Shown: one piece after another, positions 7,231 through 16,853 of the stretch | Numbering within the stretch: the stretch's first letter is position 1 | Layout of the letters: the number at the start of each line of letters is the position of its first letter | Position numbers and translations under genes: made by a program | Assembly (NCBI GenBank): GCA_002503055.1 | Contig: DAQX01000026.1 | Coordinates: forward strand, 46,071-110,070 | Direction: 5' to 3' | DNA: 64,000 nucleotides | Source: Euryarchaeota archaeon UBA86 | GTDB lineage: Archaea; Thermoplasmatota; Poseidoniia; Poseidoniales; Thalassarchaeaceae | The notes under the pieces: model-generated | Database searches by the model: none | What the model saw: the letters and a program-made list of their open reading frames with translations, nothing else | Told to the model about the DNA's origin: nothing

Positions 7231-10200
7231 ATGGATAGTGAGCGCGATGCTTATCAGAAGCGATTGGATGTTCAAGCGGAAGAGGTCTACCAATTGGCTG
7301 GACAGGCTAGGTCACAGGGCCTAGACTTCTCTGATGATGTTGAGATTCCGCGTGCTGCGGACTTGGCGAGTAGGACTCAAAAATTGCTTGAGGATCCATA
7401 CCTCAAACCTAATCGAGAAAATCCAGATGTGGGCCCAATAGAAATTGAGAGTGAATTACGTGTGTTGCTAAAGTCTTCGGACAGAGAGACTGCAGCAATC
7501 GAAATTGCTCTGAAAGTAGCAAAGAGAATGCACGATCTTACAAGCGATATCGCTCAGGCGATTGATTCCGGCCTCAGGGTTGGTCTTGCAGTCCTAACTG
7601 AGGCAGTTCTGGTGGCTCCACTGGAAGGTATCGGCGAGGTTCGAATAATGAATAACGCCGATGGTTCCGAGTTTCTCTCAATCGACTATGCAGGCCCAAT
7701 CAGAGCAGCCGGAGGAACTGCTCAGGCTCTGGGGGTGCTAATTGGAGATATGATTCGTCGCGAGCTTGGCGTGGGTAGGTATGTTCCAACCACGCCAGAG
7801 GTCGAGCGTGTGAAGGAGGAGTTTGGTCTGTATCGAGTCGGTTTGCAGTACAAGCCACCTCCGGAAGAAATCGAAGTGATTGTTCGTGCCTGCCCTGTGA
7901 TGGTCAATGGAGAGGAGACCGAATCTCAGGAATGTGCAGGATACAAGGAAGTCAGGAACATCGTCAACAAGAACAACACACCTCGGACCAGAATAAGAGG
8001 AGGAGTTATGCTGGTCATAGGTGAGGGTCTTTGCCTCAAGGCTCCAAAAATCCTCAAGCATACAGAGAGGTTAAAGATTCCAGGTTGGGAATTTATCGCC
8101 CAGTTCGCAGGCAAGAGCAAAACCGATTCAGATGAGTCTGAGGAAATCAAACGCAGAGTGATTTCCAAGGTAGACCGATACATGGATGATGTAATTGCAG
8201 GTCGCCCAGTATTCGGTGAGCCTGGGGAGCCTGGTGGATTCAGACTGAGATATGGGAGGAGTCGTGCTACTGGCCTTGCTGCTGCTGGTTTCAACCCCGT
8301 TTCTATGGAAGCCCATGGAGGGTTCATCTCAGTAGGTACGCAACTTAAGACGGAGCGACCGGGTAAAGCATGCGCAGCGACTCCGTGCATCGATTTAGAC
8401 GGCCCAACAGTATTGTTGCGAGACGGTTCTTATCTAAGAATATCAACTATCGAACAGTGGCGAACTTCGTCTACCGAAGTAATTTCAATTTGGGACTCGG
8501 GAGAGGTTTTGTCGGGATTTGGCGAGTTCCTTGAGAATAACAAGGATCTTGTCCCATCTGGATACAATAGAGATTGGTGGGCAGCCGACCTTGCCGATGC
8601 GTTAGACCACCCCGATAAGGTTGAGTCGTTCGCTGCTATGCTAGGTGTAAATCGATCTTCACTACCTCCGGGAATCCCATTCAATGGAGCAATCCAGCGC
8701 GGAGGAGAGAACGATCTTGAGCGTAGTCTGAGAAAGAGAGATTGGCAACTTTACCTGCGTGATATGGAATTGAATTGGGAACAAGCCTGTCAAGCAGTGA
8801 AAGAGTATGGGGCTGCAGTCCCTCCACCGTGGAACTTCTGGTGGTCAGATATGCCGTTGTCATTCGCCCCTCAACTAATCGATGCGTTGTGCCAATCTGA
8901 AATCAATGGTGGGCGACTAAGAATGATTGGTGCTGCATCTGGTTGGTCTCATGACTCTCAATTTGAGAAGATTGATCTGCCAGCGCCTTCGACTGGTGAA
9001 TGGCCGCGATGGACTATGGTGCATGACCATGGGGTTGTCAAGTCCGCGCTGATGACTTTGGGTGTGGAGCATCATCACGATGATGGTGACATCGTGATTC
9101 CGGCCGCTTGGGAAGGATTGCTGGATGGTTTGGGTCTGGAGTTCGCAACGGGTACCATTCGTGTAGCAGTGGATGCAAGTCCTCACATCAGCGATAGATT
9201 ATCGAGAATTGGGGAAGCAACTGATACTATTGCCAAAGAAAATAAGAGGATGGAGGAAATTGAATCGGTTCGCTCCGTGGAAAGAATGCGGGCAGAAACT
9301 GCTGCCCGACAAAGAGGATTGGGGATTTCAGAAACTGATACAGAAGGCAGAGCTGCAGCAGAAGCAATCGAAGATCCTGGGCCTGATGATCCGTCCTTGC
9401 TCAAGGCCGCCTATACAATACTCGATGATCATGAGGTTGAGAGGGCGTTGTGGTTGGTCAGAAGGTTGTCCAATCTGAGATGGGAGGACTCCGTCCCATG
9501 CAGGGTTGGCTCCAGAATGGGTCGGCCGGAGAAAGCAGGGGTTCGCGAGATGAAACCAATGGTTCACGCTCTCTATCCAATAGGGGAGAGTGGTGGTCCG
9601 CAACGGCTCTTGGGCCAAGCCGCAGGAAAGGGTTCAATCCGTGTTGAGATGGGTCCACGGATATGCGACAAATGTGGCAAGGACACGCCCCATCTAAGAT
9701 GTCATCACCGTTTATCCGAGAGTGTTGAAGAATGCGGAGGTAGGACCAGTGTCCGGAAGAGAAGGGGCGACCACAATAGAAGGAGGATGGGTCAGAGGAC
9801 TAGCGTTCCTTTGAGTAAGATTGTAGAGACAAAGAGGAGGGCTTTGGGACTAAACAGAGTACCTGATAGAATCAAGGCGGTAAAGGGATTGATATCTATC
9901 GCTCAGACGCCTGAGCCTATCGAAAAAGGTATACTCCGGGCTAGGCATGGGGTGTCTGTATTCCGTGATGGGACATCTCGATACGATATGAGTGATGTTC
10001 CATTGACTCATTTCAAGCCAAGTGAGATAGGCACTCCTTGGCGGCGTCTATCTGAGTTAGGTTACTCTCACGATGTCTTCGGCGAGGCTTTGACCTCAGA
10101 TGAACAGATGTTGGAGTTGCTACCACAGGATTTTGTAGCATCTAGGTCTGCTAGACAGCATCTGCTTTCAACATGCCAATTCGTAGATGATTTGTTAATC

Positions 10201-11184
10201 AGATTCTACAAGATGAAGCCATTCTACGAAGCCACAGAAGAGTTGGATTTAGTTGGCCATCTTGGAATCGGACTGGCACCTCATACATCCGGTGGTGTGT
10301 TGTGTAGAATCATCGGTTGGACCGATGCTTCTGCTGGATACGCGCATCCCCTTTTCCACGCCGCAAAGAGAAGGAATTGTGATGGTGATGAGGACAGTCT
10401 AATGATGCTATTAGATGGCCTGCTAAACTTCTCCAAGACGATTTTGCCCTCGGGAAGAGGTGGAAGAATGGATGCTCCGCTGGTTCTGAGCACTAGAATC
10501 GATGCTAGTGAGATCGACAAGGAGGCTCTGAATGTAGACTGTGGATGGTCATACAACAAGGCCTTCTACGAGGGCACGAAGTCACAACCCCATCCTTCCG
10601 AGTTGGAGAATATAGTCGACTTGGTCGAAGGGAGGTTAGGTACTGTTGGCGAGGTTCGCGGCTATGGATGGACTCATGACTCGGGAGAGTTAGATGCGGG
10701 ACCAGCTAATTCTTCCTACAAGACTCTCGAGACGATGGAAGACAAAATGCTCGCGCAGTTGGCCATAGGTCGGCGCTTACGCTCGGTTAGTGCTGCTAGA
10801 GTAGCCTCCCAGGTCATCGAATCTCACTTCCTGCCTGACCTGCGTGGTAACCTAATGGCATTCACTAGACAGAAGGTTCGTTGCGTGAAATGCGGACATT
10901 CGTATCGAAGAATGCCTCTGGCTGGCAAGTGCATCCAGACCACTAGTAGTTCTGGCATAGGACTAGGTTCATCCCATGACGGTGGAACTCTGTGCGGAGG
11001 TAATGTGGTTCTGACCGTGTCCGAAGGTGCGGTTCGCAAATACATTAAGATCACAAGTGAAGTCATGGAGACTTACGGTGTCGACGATTATACCAAGCAG
11101 AGAGTCGGTTGGATGACAGACAGCGTAGATTCTCTGTTCAATGACGACAAGGTTACTGTGATGACTCTCGAGGACTTCATCTAG
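7231..11184 (+). CDS. polC: DNA polymerase II (PolD) large subunit DP2
   Basis: A >1300-aa ORF with DP2-type blocks: GEPGEPGGFRLRYGRSR, RPEKAG...MKP, HTSGGVLCRIIGWTDA, KRRNCDGDEDS and the C-terminal CVKCGHSYRRMPLAGKC...TVSEGAVRKY. I chose the start at ATG 7231 (MDSERDAYQKRL); the ORF is open from 7126. Confidence 0.95.
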   Translation: MDSERDAYQKRLDVQAEEVYQLAGQARSQGLDFSDDVEIPRAADLASRTQKLLEDPYLKPNRENPDVGPIEIESELRVLLKSSDRETAAIEIALKVAKRMHDLTSDIAQAIDSGLRVGLAVLTEAVLVAPLEGIGEVRIMNNADGSEFLSIDYAGPIRAAGGTAQALGVLIGDMIRRELGVGRYVPTTPEVERVKEEFGLYRVGLQYKPPPEEIEVIVRACPVMVNGEETESQECAGYKEVRNIVNKNNTPRTRIRGGVMLVIGEGLCLKAPKILKHTERLKIPGWEFIAQFAGKSKTDSDESEEIKRRVISKVDRYMDDVIAGRPVFGEPGEPGGFRLRYGRSRATGLAAAGFNPVSMEAHGGFISVGTQLKTERPGKACAATPCIDLDGPTVLLRDGSYLRISTIEQWRTSSTEVISIWDSGEVLSGFGEFLENNKDLVPSGYNRDWWAADLADALDHPDKVESFAAMLGVNRSSLPPGIPFNGAIQRGGENDLERSLRKRDWQLYLRDMELNWEQACQAVKEYGAAVPPPWNFWWSDMPLSFAPQLIDALCQSEINGGRLRMIGAASGWSHDSQFEKIDLPAPSTGEWPRWTMVHDHGVVKSALMTLGVEHHHDDGDIVIPAAWEGLLDGLGLEFATGTIRVAVDASPHISDRLSRIGEATDTIAKENKRMEEIESVRSVERMRAETAARQRGLGISETDTEGRAAAEAIEDPGPDDPSLLKAAYTILDDHEVERALWLVRRLSNLRWEDSVPCRVGSRMGRPEKAGVREMKPMVHALYPIGESGGPQRLLGQAAGKGSIRVEMGPRICDKCGKDTPHLRCHHRLSESVEECGGRTSVRKRRGDHNRRRMGQRTSVPLSKIVETKRRALGLNRVPDRIKAVKGLISIAQTPEPIEKGILRARHGVSVFRDGTSRYDMSDVPLTHFKPSEIGTPWRRLSELGYSHDVFGEALTSDEQMLELLPQDFVASRSARQHLLSTCQFVDDLLIRFYKMKPFYEATEELDLVGHLGIGLAPHTSGGVLCRIIGWTDASAGYAHPLFHAAKRRNCDGDEDSLMMLLDGLLNFSKTILPSGRGGRMDAPLVLSTRIDASEIDKEALNVDCGWSYNKAFYEGTKSQPHPSELENIVDLVEGRLGTVGEVRGYGWTHDSGELDAGPANSSYKTLETMEDKMLAQLAIGRRLRSVSAARVASQVIESHFLPDLRGNLMAFTRQKVRCVKCGHSYRRMPLAGKCIQTTSSSGIGLGSSHDGGTLCGGNVVLTVSEGAVRKYIKITSEVMETYGVDDYTKQRVGWMTDSVDSLFNDDKVTVMTLEDFI

Positions 11185-11936
11185 AATCCAATTTCTAGGA
11201 TATTCAGTACCTCGCTCATCCATTTCAGTTTCTCCAGCTTGGCATTCTCATCTGTAATTCCTGACCAACGCCCTACAACATCAGTACGAGTCCCCAGCAT
11301 GGAGATTGATTCTGCAGGAACGCCAATCGAGCGAACAATACAGGCAGCCCTGTCTCCATCGGTGAAACCCCCTGGGTTACTCATCCCTTCAATGGGTGAT
11401 TTGGTTTGATGAGTAAGTACCAAAGGAGGAGGGGTCGCGATGCGCGAGGCGTGTTCTAACAGTGTTGTCCAATCATTTACATTGTCGCCGTGTGCGTGTA
11501 AGAAAATCGGCTTACTACGCTCCACCGCCTCATAGGTTCCTTCTCCTCCATCGGCATCGCTTACAACACAAATTAGTCTCGACCACGCTCTCTCTGCCGT
11601 TGAAGCAGGTAGCATTGAGAAGACTCCTGCAGCCCCGTCAGCGGCTACCAACAAGGAAGGTTGCTCCAGAACTGCCTCAACCTCTTCTGGTTCTACTGCG
11701 GCGCCAAGAATTGCAACTTCGGTCTCGCGTAGAACCAATCTTCGAAATACAGTAGCGACATTGGCGGCTCGTTGCGATCTCTCCCATGACCTGATTTCAT
11801 GGGACTCTACTCGTTGAAGCAACTCTTGTGCGCTGGACAAGTCTTCGTTTGAGTCCCATCCAAAGTGCTTCCTGACATCGGATTGAATGGTGACAAGTCG
11901 AGTGTCCACGGGGTGTAGTTCAGTCGGCTTGTACAT
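11181..11936 (-). CDS. MptE-like 6-hydroxymethylpterin diphosphokinase (DUF115 family)
   Basis: VAILGAAVEPEE...LLVAADGAAGVF...VVSDADGG...FLHAHGDNVNDW matches the DUF115/MptE pattern. I chose the start at ATG 11936 to avoid overlapping priL; the ORF is open to 12029. Confidence 0.55.
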   Translation of the reverse strand: MYKPTELHPVDTRLVTIQSDVRKHFGWDSNEDLSSAQELLQRVESHEIRSWERSQRAANVATVFRRLVLRETEVAILGAAVEPEEVEAVLEQPSLLVAADGAAGVFSMLPASTAERAWSRLICVVSDADGGEGTYEAVERSKPIFLHAHGDNVNDWTTLLEHASRIATPPPLVLTHQTKSPIEGMSNPGGFTDGDRAACIVRSIGVPAESISMLGTRTDVVGRWSGITDENAKLEKLKWMSEVLNILEIGF

Positions 11937-11997
11937 GCGCCTGCTCCAGTAGAAGGACACGGTGAGTGTTGAATAACCCTCGTGAGTATCTGCTTTC

Positions 11998-13170
11998 ATG
12001 CCAATGCCATTGGCCCTTCCCAAAGTCATTGATGAGAGGTTGCTGGCTCGCTATCCATTTATGCCTCAGGGTAGGGAACATATGCGGCAGGTCCTAGAGA
12101 GAAATAGTGTCACAATCGAGGATCTGATTGAGGCCCCCTGGTTGGAAGAAGTAAGGACTAGGGGCAGGCTCAGATTGTTGGATAGTGTAATGCACAAGGA
12201 TGGGGTTGAATCCTCGGCCGAAGTCGATCTATCGACCGAAATTGGCCGGATGACGGAAGTACTGTCCTTTTTGCATGCAATGCTCGTAGTTTGTGCATCA
12301 TTCAACGAGAGGTTACTTGCTCGCTGGGTTGAGGGCGAGGCTAGTAGAGCCGATGCTTTATTCGGAGAAGATTTGGAGAATTTCGAATTAATTGCCTCGT
12401 CATACATTTCCGACATCCGTACTGAGCCACGGCAGGGAAGAGAAGAGCTAGTCTACTGGATTCCAATGGTTGACTTCATCGAACTATGTCCTAGGATTTC
12501 CGGCGCCTACTGGCACTTACCTAATCGCCCAGTTGAATATGGATGGGTGCGCATGGATCCTGCTGTTAGTGAGTCTAGTAGGCAGCGTACTGCAAGACTG
12601 TTGAAGGAGCGAGTCAGAGAGAATCTGACCGACGCTTGTATTGAAAGGATGAATCGAATGAGTGAGGAGTTTGCTGCTTTGTTTTCGGAGCCAGTGGATA
12701 GGATTACCTCGTTGCTCTCCGAGCAGGTTCAAGCAGAGATGCCGATGTCGGCGGCAGTCAGAGAGGATTGGCCGCCATGCTTCGAATCTGCAGTATCTGA
12801 ACTGAACCAAGGTGTCAATGTCAACCATGTCGGTCGTGTTTTCCTAGCGGCATTCTCAAAATCGATTGGACTTAGTCCGGAACAGACTTGTTCGTTCTTC
12901 GCTAATGCTCCCGACTATAGCGCTGAGACGACCGGATACCAAGTCAATCAGATATACGAGCGTGATTACACTCCACATGGCTGCGCGGCTCTCAAAACTT
13001 CGGCCCGGTGTCCTGTACAGCCAGGTGACGATAGGCTCTGTGATCAGGAGTGGTTGACACACCCTCTGAAGTATATTCGAGCCAAGCAAAGAAGTCGTTT
13101 CAGAGAGAGTTCGCAAGGCAGTCAAGAGTCTGAAGTTGTCGAGAGAGAGCCCGAGACGGCCAATTCTTGA
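11998..13170 (+). CDS. priL: DNA primase large subunit PriL
   Basis: The N-terminus reads YPFMPQGREHM. The C-terminal Fe-S domain pattern is WPPCFESAVSEL..GVNVNHVGRVFLAAFSKSIGLS...YQVNQIYERDYTPHGCAALKTSARCP. Confidence 0.8.
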   Translation: MPMPLALPKVIDERLLARYPFMPQGREHMRQVLERNSVTIEDLIEAPWLEEVRTRGRLRLLDSVMHKDGVESSAEVDLSTEIGRMTEVLSFLHAMLVVCASFNERLLARWVEGEASRADALFGEDLENFELIASSYISDIRTEPRQGREELVYWIPMVDFIELCPRISGAYWHLPNRPVEYGWVRMDPAVSESSRQRTARLLKERVRENLTDACIERMNRMSEEFAALFSEPVDRITSLLSEQVQAEMPMSAAVREDWPPCFESAVSELNQGVNVNHVGRVFLAAFSKSIGLSPEQTCSFFANAPDYSAETTGYQVNQIYERDYTPHGCAALKTSARCPVQPGDDRLCDQEWLTHPLKYIRAKQRSRFRESSQGSQESEVVEREPETANS

Positions 13171-13213
13171 TATGGGCAGTACCGCATCGCTGTTCAAATC
13201 GGATGAGTAGACC

Positions 13214-14383
13214 ATGGTGAGAACTCTCGTATTGACTGTAGATCGAGACAATGACCTCGGAGTCAAGGCAGGTATCAGAGGTCCCGTGGTAGGTCGTAAG
13301 GCTACTCTTTCGGCAGCCCTCAGACTGGGAATTGCTGACCCCGAGGAGTCCGATACCAATGCAATCTTGGGCGCCTTGCATCATCACGACCAGTTAGTCG
13401 AAGGTGCACAGGGTAATGATGAGGTAGAAATCGCTCTTCTAACCGGGGATGTCAGAGTCGGCCCCCGCAGTGACCGTGCTATTGCAATGCAACTCGATGA
13501 GGTGATTCAGGAGTTTCAGCCCGACTCTGCGGTTTTAGTTACAGATGGAGCGGACGATGAAGCATCTCTTCCCATAATCACATCTAGAGTTAGGGTTGAT
13601 CATGTCGAAAAGGTGATTGTGAGACAATCAAAGGGCATTGAGAGTACTTACTACTACATTGCCAAGGCTATTGATGATCCACGCTGGAGAGCTCGTCTAC
13701 TAGTCCCCGTGGCAGTATTCCTGATGATTTTTGGCCTGGGCCTAATTCTGCCAAACGGAGCGGCTCTAATCGGAGCCATGCCCCTTGTCGTTGGAATCTG
13801 GCTTCTGGCAAAAGGACTAGGTTGGGAGAGGCAGTTTGACCGTCTGATGATTGATATGAGAGAAAGTGCCACAGGAGGTATCTGGTCCTCATTGTTATGG
13901 GGTCTGTCCATTGTCTCGGTGTTGCTATCGGTTCTGACTGCGTATCAGGTGTTCTCGTCCAGTACTTCTGAGATAGCCGACTATGTAGCTGATTTGGGTT
14001 CTGAATTCGATGTAGATGCAGTCAATCGAGATATTGCTGTTTGGGCGATAGCGATTAATGAGGCCCTTACATGGATAGTTGTTGCAACATTCTCATTCAT
14101 GTTGTCCCTTGGTGTACTGCGCTGGAAAGAGGGTTCATTCACCGGACGAAGCGTGCTATTGTTAGGGCTGGGAGCGGTTGTTTACACCTTTACCAAAGCT
14201 GCTTTGGTCGTCATACTGGTAGAGATGGGTGGGTCGGATTTCAGTCTAGACTATCAGAGCGTTAGCGATACTTGGTTCACACCCGTGTTCACCATAGTTC
14301 TGTACTACCTACTGAGAACCGCGGTGATGTCGGTAACCGAAGACGAAGGAATGTCTGGAGAGGAGCGTTTCTGGGGTGTCTGA
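13214..14383 (+). CDS. DUF373-family archaeal integral membrane protein
   Basis: A soluble N-terminal segment (LVLTVDRDNDLGVKAGIRGPVVGR...LGIADPEESDTNA) is followed by about 6 predicted TM helices. I recall this pattern from DUF373. Confidence 0.5.
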   Translation: MVRTLVLTVDRDNDLGVKAGIRGPVVGRKATLSAALRLGIADPEESDTNAILGALHHHDQLVEGAQGNDEVEIALLTGDVRVGPRSDRAIAMQLDEVIQEFQPDSAVLVTDGADDEASLPIITSRVRVDHVEKVIVRQSKGIESTYYYIAKAIDDPRWRARLLVPVAVFLMIFGLGLILPNGAALIGAMPLVVGIWLLAKGLGWERQFDRLMIDMRESATGGIWSSLLWGLSIVSVLLSVLTAYQVFSSSTSEIADYVADLGSEFDVDAVNRDIAVWAIAINEALTWIVVATFSFMLSLGVLRWKEGSFTGRSVLLLGLGAVVYTFTKAALVVILVEMGGSDFSLDYQSVSDTWFTPVFTIVLYYLLRTAVMSVTEDEGMSGEERFWGV

Positions 14384-14818
14384 TTAGGTCTCGAATGTCG
14401 ATTCCATCATACATGCAGGGCATGTTACATTGATTGGCCTAATCTCTGGAATTGCTAGGGCTGCTCTGCAGTTAGGGCAAGTTATGGCTTGAGTGGCGTC
14501 CTTCTGTCGATCCAATCCTACATGACTTGGATCATACCTGAATCGATATCTATGAGAGTTATCTAAAAACTGCGGACTGCCTTCCTTTTCCTTCTTCGGA
14601 CGGCTAAAAATAGATTTTCTCTTTGGTGGCTCGGGAGTGTTTTCCTCGGTTGCTTGAAGGTTGTTGTTGAAACCATCTCCTTGGAAGGCATCGACCTGTG
14701 ATTGGATCTCTTCAACACTCATTCCCAACTCTCTGGATGCCTTATCGATTGCCAAATTCCTCTCATATTCAGATAGCCCGACGAAGTGCTGTAGAATAAC
14801 TGCGGGAATTCTCGACAT
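14384..14818 (-). CDS. Hypothetical zinc-ribbon protein
   Basis: The C-terminus has CPNCRAALAIPEIRPINVTCPAC (CxxC...CxxC). The ORF is open to 14896, so the start is uncertain; ATG 14818 leaves room for a promoter shared with nre. Confidence 0.4.
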   Translation of the reverse strand: MSRIPAVILQHFVGLSEYERNLAIDKASRELGMSVEEIQSQVDAFQGDGFNNNLQATEENTPEPPKRKSIFSRPKKEKEGSPQFLDNSHRYRFRYDPSHVGLDRQKDATQAITCPNCRAALAIPEIRPINVTCPACMMESTFET

Positions 14819-14916
14819 CTTTCTCACTCGTCGCAGCGCAATCATCCCTTTGAATGCCGCCATCATTCGTTCGATGAGCAGTATGCCTAAGAGCAATCGA
14901 TTTCGATTCTATCCTG

Positions 14917-16146
14917 ATGTTCCCTGAGTGTATAGACTGCAGGGGCACCAAGGGGTTGTGTGGAATTTCTCCTTGTCCCTTGCTGGCCGAGATCAGGTCC
15001 AAGCTTCCAACTACTGAGTCAAGTAGTGTGAGTGAGTTAGTGGGCCCCAGCCCGCCGTCTATGTTTGTCGGCAGACATGGCTATCCCGATGTTAGAGCCG
15101 GTCCGAGTGCGACCTGGGCTGCCGATGAGAGAGATATCCCGCAACTTGTTAGTGGGGACCCTGCCGATTTATTTGGCAGACCTCTGGAAGAGGTCGCTGC
15201 AAGGCACGCCAATCTGATTACAGGAGGTCAGGTGATGCGAGTCCGTAGTGCTCGAACGCCTGACCAGATGCTGGAGACGACTCAAGAGATTGCAATGGCG
15301 GACAAGAGTGTGGATGTGGAATTGGATTTCGCTCGGCCTATTGCTGTAGGCCGTAATCCTACATTCGATAGTATGAGTACTCCTCTAGGCCCTTCGGGAG
15401 AGGTTCTTCGAGCCGAGGTTGTAGGACATGCGAGTGTGCCACGTAAGGTTGATTCGATTGCAAATGAGAATGATTTGTTGGCCTTTGATGCGATTGATGA
15501 GTTGAGTTATGCGTCGATTGGAGAGGCTCAGATTTCACGTCTACTCTCTGCAGGTCTGCTAGGTAAGTCAGACAAAAGGAAACTAGTTCCTACTAGGTGG
15601 GGAATAACCGCTACTGATGATATGCTCAGTAAGCAGTTATGGGACAAGGTCAGACACTACCCTTCTATAGACAAAGTTCGTGTCTACGAGGCAACTTATC
15701 TTGACAATAGATTCCATGTTATCCTAACTCCGGGACTGTGGGCTTTCCATATGCTAGAGGCTTGGACCCGTGGAAGTGTCTGGACTGGTACAGGAAAGGT
15801 TCTGGGAGACTGGGAGGATCTTGAGCCTCGCAAGGAATATGCTAATCGAATCACGGGTGCCTACTATTCTGCTAGGCTTGGTGTGTTAGAGCATATGGAT
15901 TCAATTGGTCGTTCTGGGGCCTGTCTAATCTGGAGAGATATCGGTCCAGAGTACTGGGCTCCTGTGGGAGTCTGGCTAATCAGGGAGACTGTTCGTCATG
16001 CGATGAATAGTAATCCGAGGGAGTTCGACAATCTAGAGCAGGCGATAGCGTATGTTTCCCCAAGAGTCTCGGCCCCTGATGATTTGCGGAATAGTTGGTT
16101 TGTTAAACGTGGAAGGCAAATGAGACTGGATGCTTTTGCCGCCTAG
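14917..16146 (+). CDS. Nre-family archaeal DNA repair protein (Nre_N/Nre_C, DUF650/DUF651)
   Basis: The N-terminal Cys cluster CIDCRGTKGLCGISPCPLL is typical of Nre proteins, and the length (~410 aa) fits. The C-terminus QMRLDAFAA resembles a PIP box. Confidence 0.65.
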   Translation: MFPECIDCRGTKGLCGISPCPLLAEIRSKLPTTESSSVSELVGPSPPSMFVGRHGYPDVRAGPSATWAADERDIPQLVSGDPADLFGRPLEEVAARHANLITGGQVMRVRSARTPDQMLETTQEIAMADKSVDVELDFARPIAVGRNPTFDSMSTPLGPSGEVLRAEVVGHASVPRKVDSIANENDLLAFDAIDELSYASIGEAQISRLLSAGLLGKSDKRKLVPTRWGITATDDMLSKQLWDKVRHYPSIDKVRVYEATYLDNRFHVILTPGLWAFHMLEAWTRGSVWTGTGKVLGDWEDLEPRKEYANRITGAYYSARLGVLEHMDSIGRSGACLIWRDIGPEYWAPVGVWLIRETVRHAMNSNPREFDNLEQAIAYVSPRVSAPDDLRNSWFVKRGRQMRLDAFAA

Positions 16147-16787
16147 CGCGAACTGTCTAGAAAGTCGCCCACAATCTCGCTCTCGGCCTTTACCAATTGC
16201 TCTGCTACTGTAGATTTGGACAGACCTAACTTAGAGGCTAGTCCTCTGATTGAGATTTTCTTCGGAACCTCGTACCACCCATTCCTATGCGCCACCTTGA
16301 TTATCCTGTGTTGCTGCAAGGTCGGACCCTTCTGGACCATGCCCTCTGAGGACTTCGCAGAAGTGATTCTCTCCACAGGTACGGCTTCTCTTACTTCTCT
16401 TAGGAAGTTCACCATTGAGGACTGTCTGCCCGCTACCTGTATGATCAATCCATTCGATGTCAGGTTGGTTCCAGCCAGTAAAGTGAGGTCTCTAGACTCA
16501 AAGAAGCGACCTACAAGCTCCTGGTCAAATTCTAGAGATACTAAGTGATGAGTTAGATATTCAGTGGTCCACTCTTCTAATATTTCAACCACAGTAACTC
16601 CGCCGATTCTGAATCCTGGTGGAAGACAGTTGCCATCAGTGGTGATACATTCACACATTACCCTCAGGCGACCATCGATCTGGTCAAGGATTCCACGGTA
16701 ATCCCAACTTACTGCCTGTAGGGCCGCCTGAACCCTTTGGTCGTGTTCTATCGATGGGATTGAGCACTCGACTCTGACCGCCCTCAT
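16143..16787 (-). CDS. HTH_10 (bacterio-opsin activator-like) transcriptional regulator
   Basis: The C-terminus GWYEVPKKISIRGLASKLGLSKSTVAEQLVKAESEIVGDFL is the classic HTH_10 helix-turn-helix. Confidence 0.7.
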   Translation of the reverse strand: MRAVRVECSIPSIEHDQRVQAALQAVSWDYRGILDQIDGRLRVMCECITTDGNCLPPGFRIGGVTVVEILEEWTTEYLTHHLVSLEFDQELVGRFFESRDLTLLAGTNLTSNGLIIQVAGRQSSMVNFLREVREAVPVERITSAKSSEGMVQKGPTLQQHRIIKVAHRNGWYEVPKKISIRGLASKLGLSKSTVAEQLVKAESEIVGDFLDSSR

Positions 16788-16853
16788 CTTGACCCTCCTA
16801 GACCTGAGGCATCATATGTGGTTAAGAAAATGATTCATGCTTGTTCGGTGTGA

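Noticed and set aside
7056-7232. Long N-terminal extensions of the pyrE ORF (to 7232) and the DP2 ORF (from 7126), which would overlap each other.
   Set aside because: The extended residues resemble neither family. Internal ATGs at 7055 (pyrE) and 7231 (DP2) give proteins that begin where homologues begin and leave a normal divergent promoter region.
12856-13359. A 167-aa minus-strand ORF spanning the priL / DUF373 junction.
   Set aside because: It is antisense to two well-supported plus-strand genes and crosses their intergenic gap. I recognise no family.
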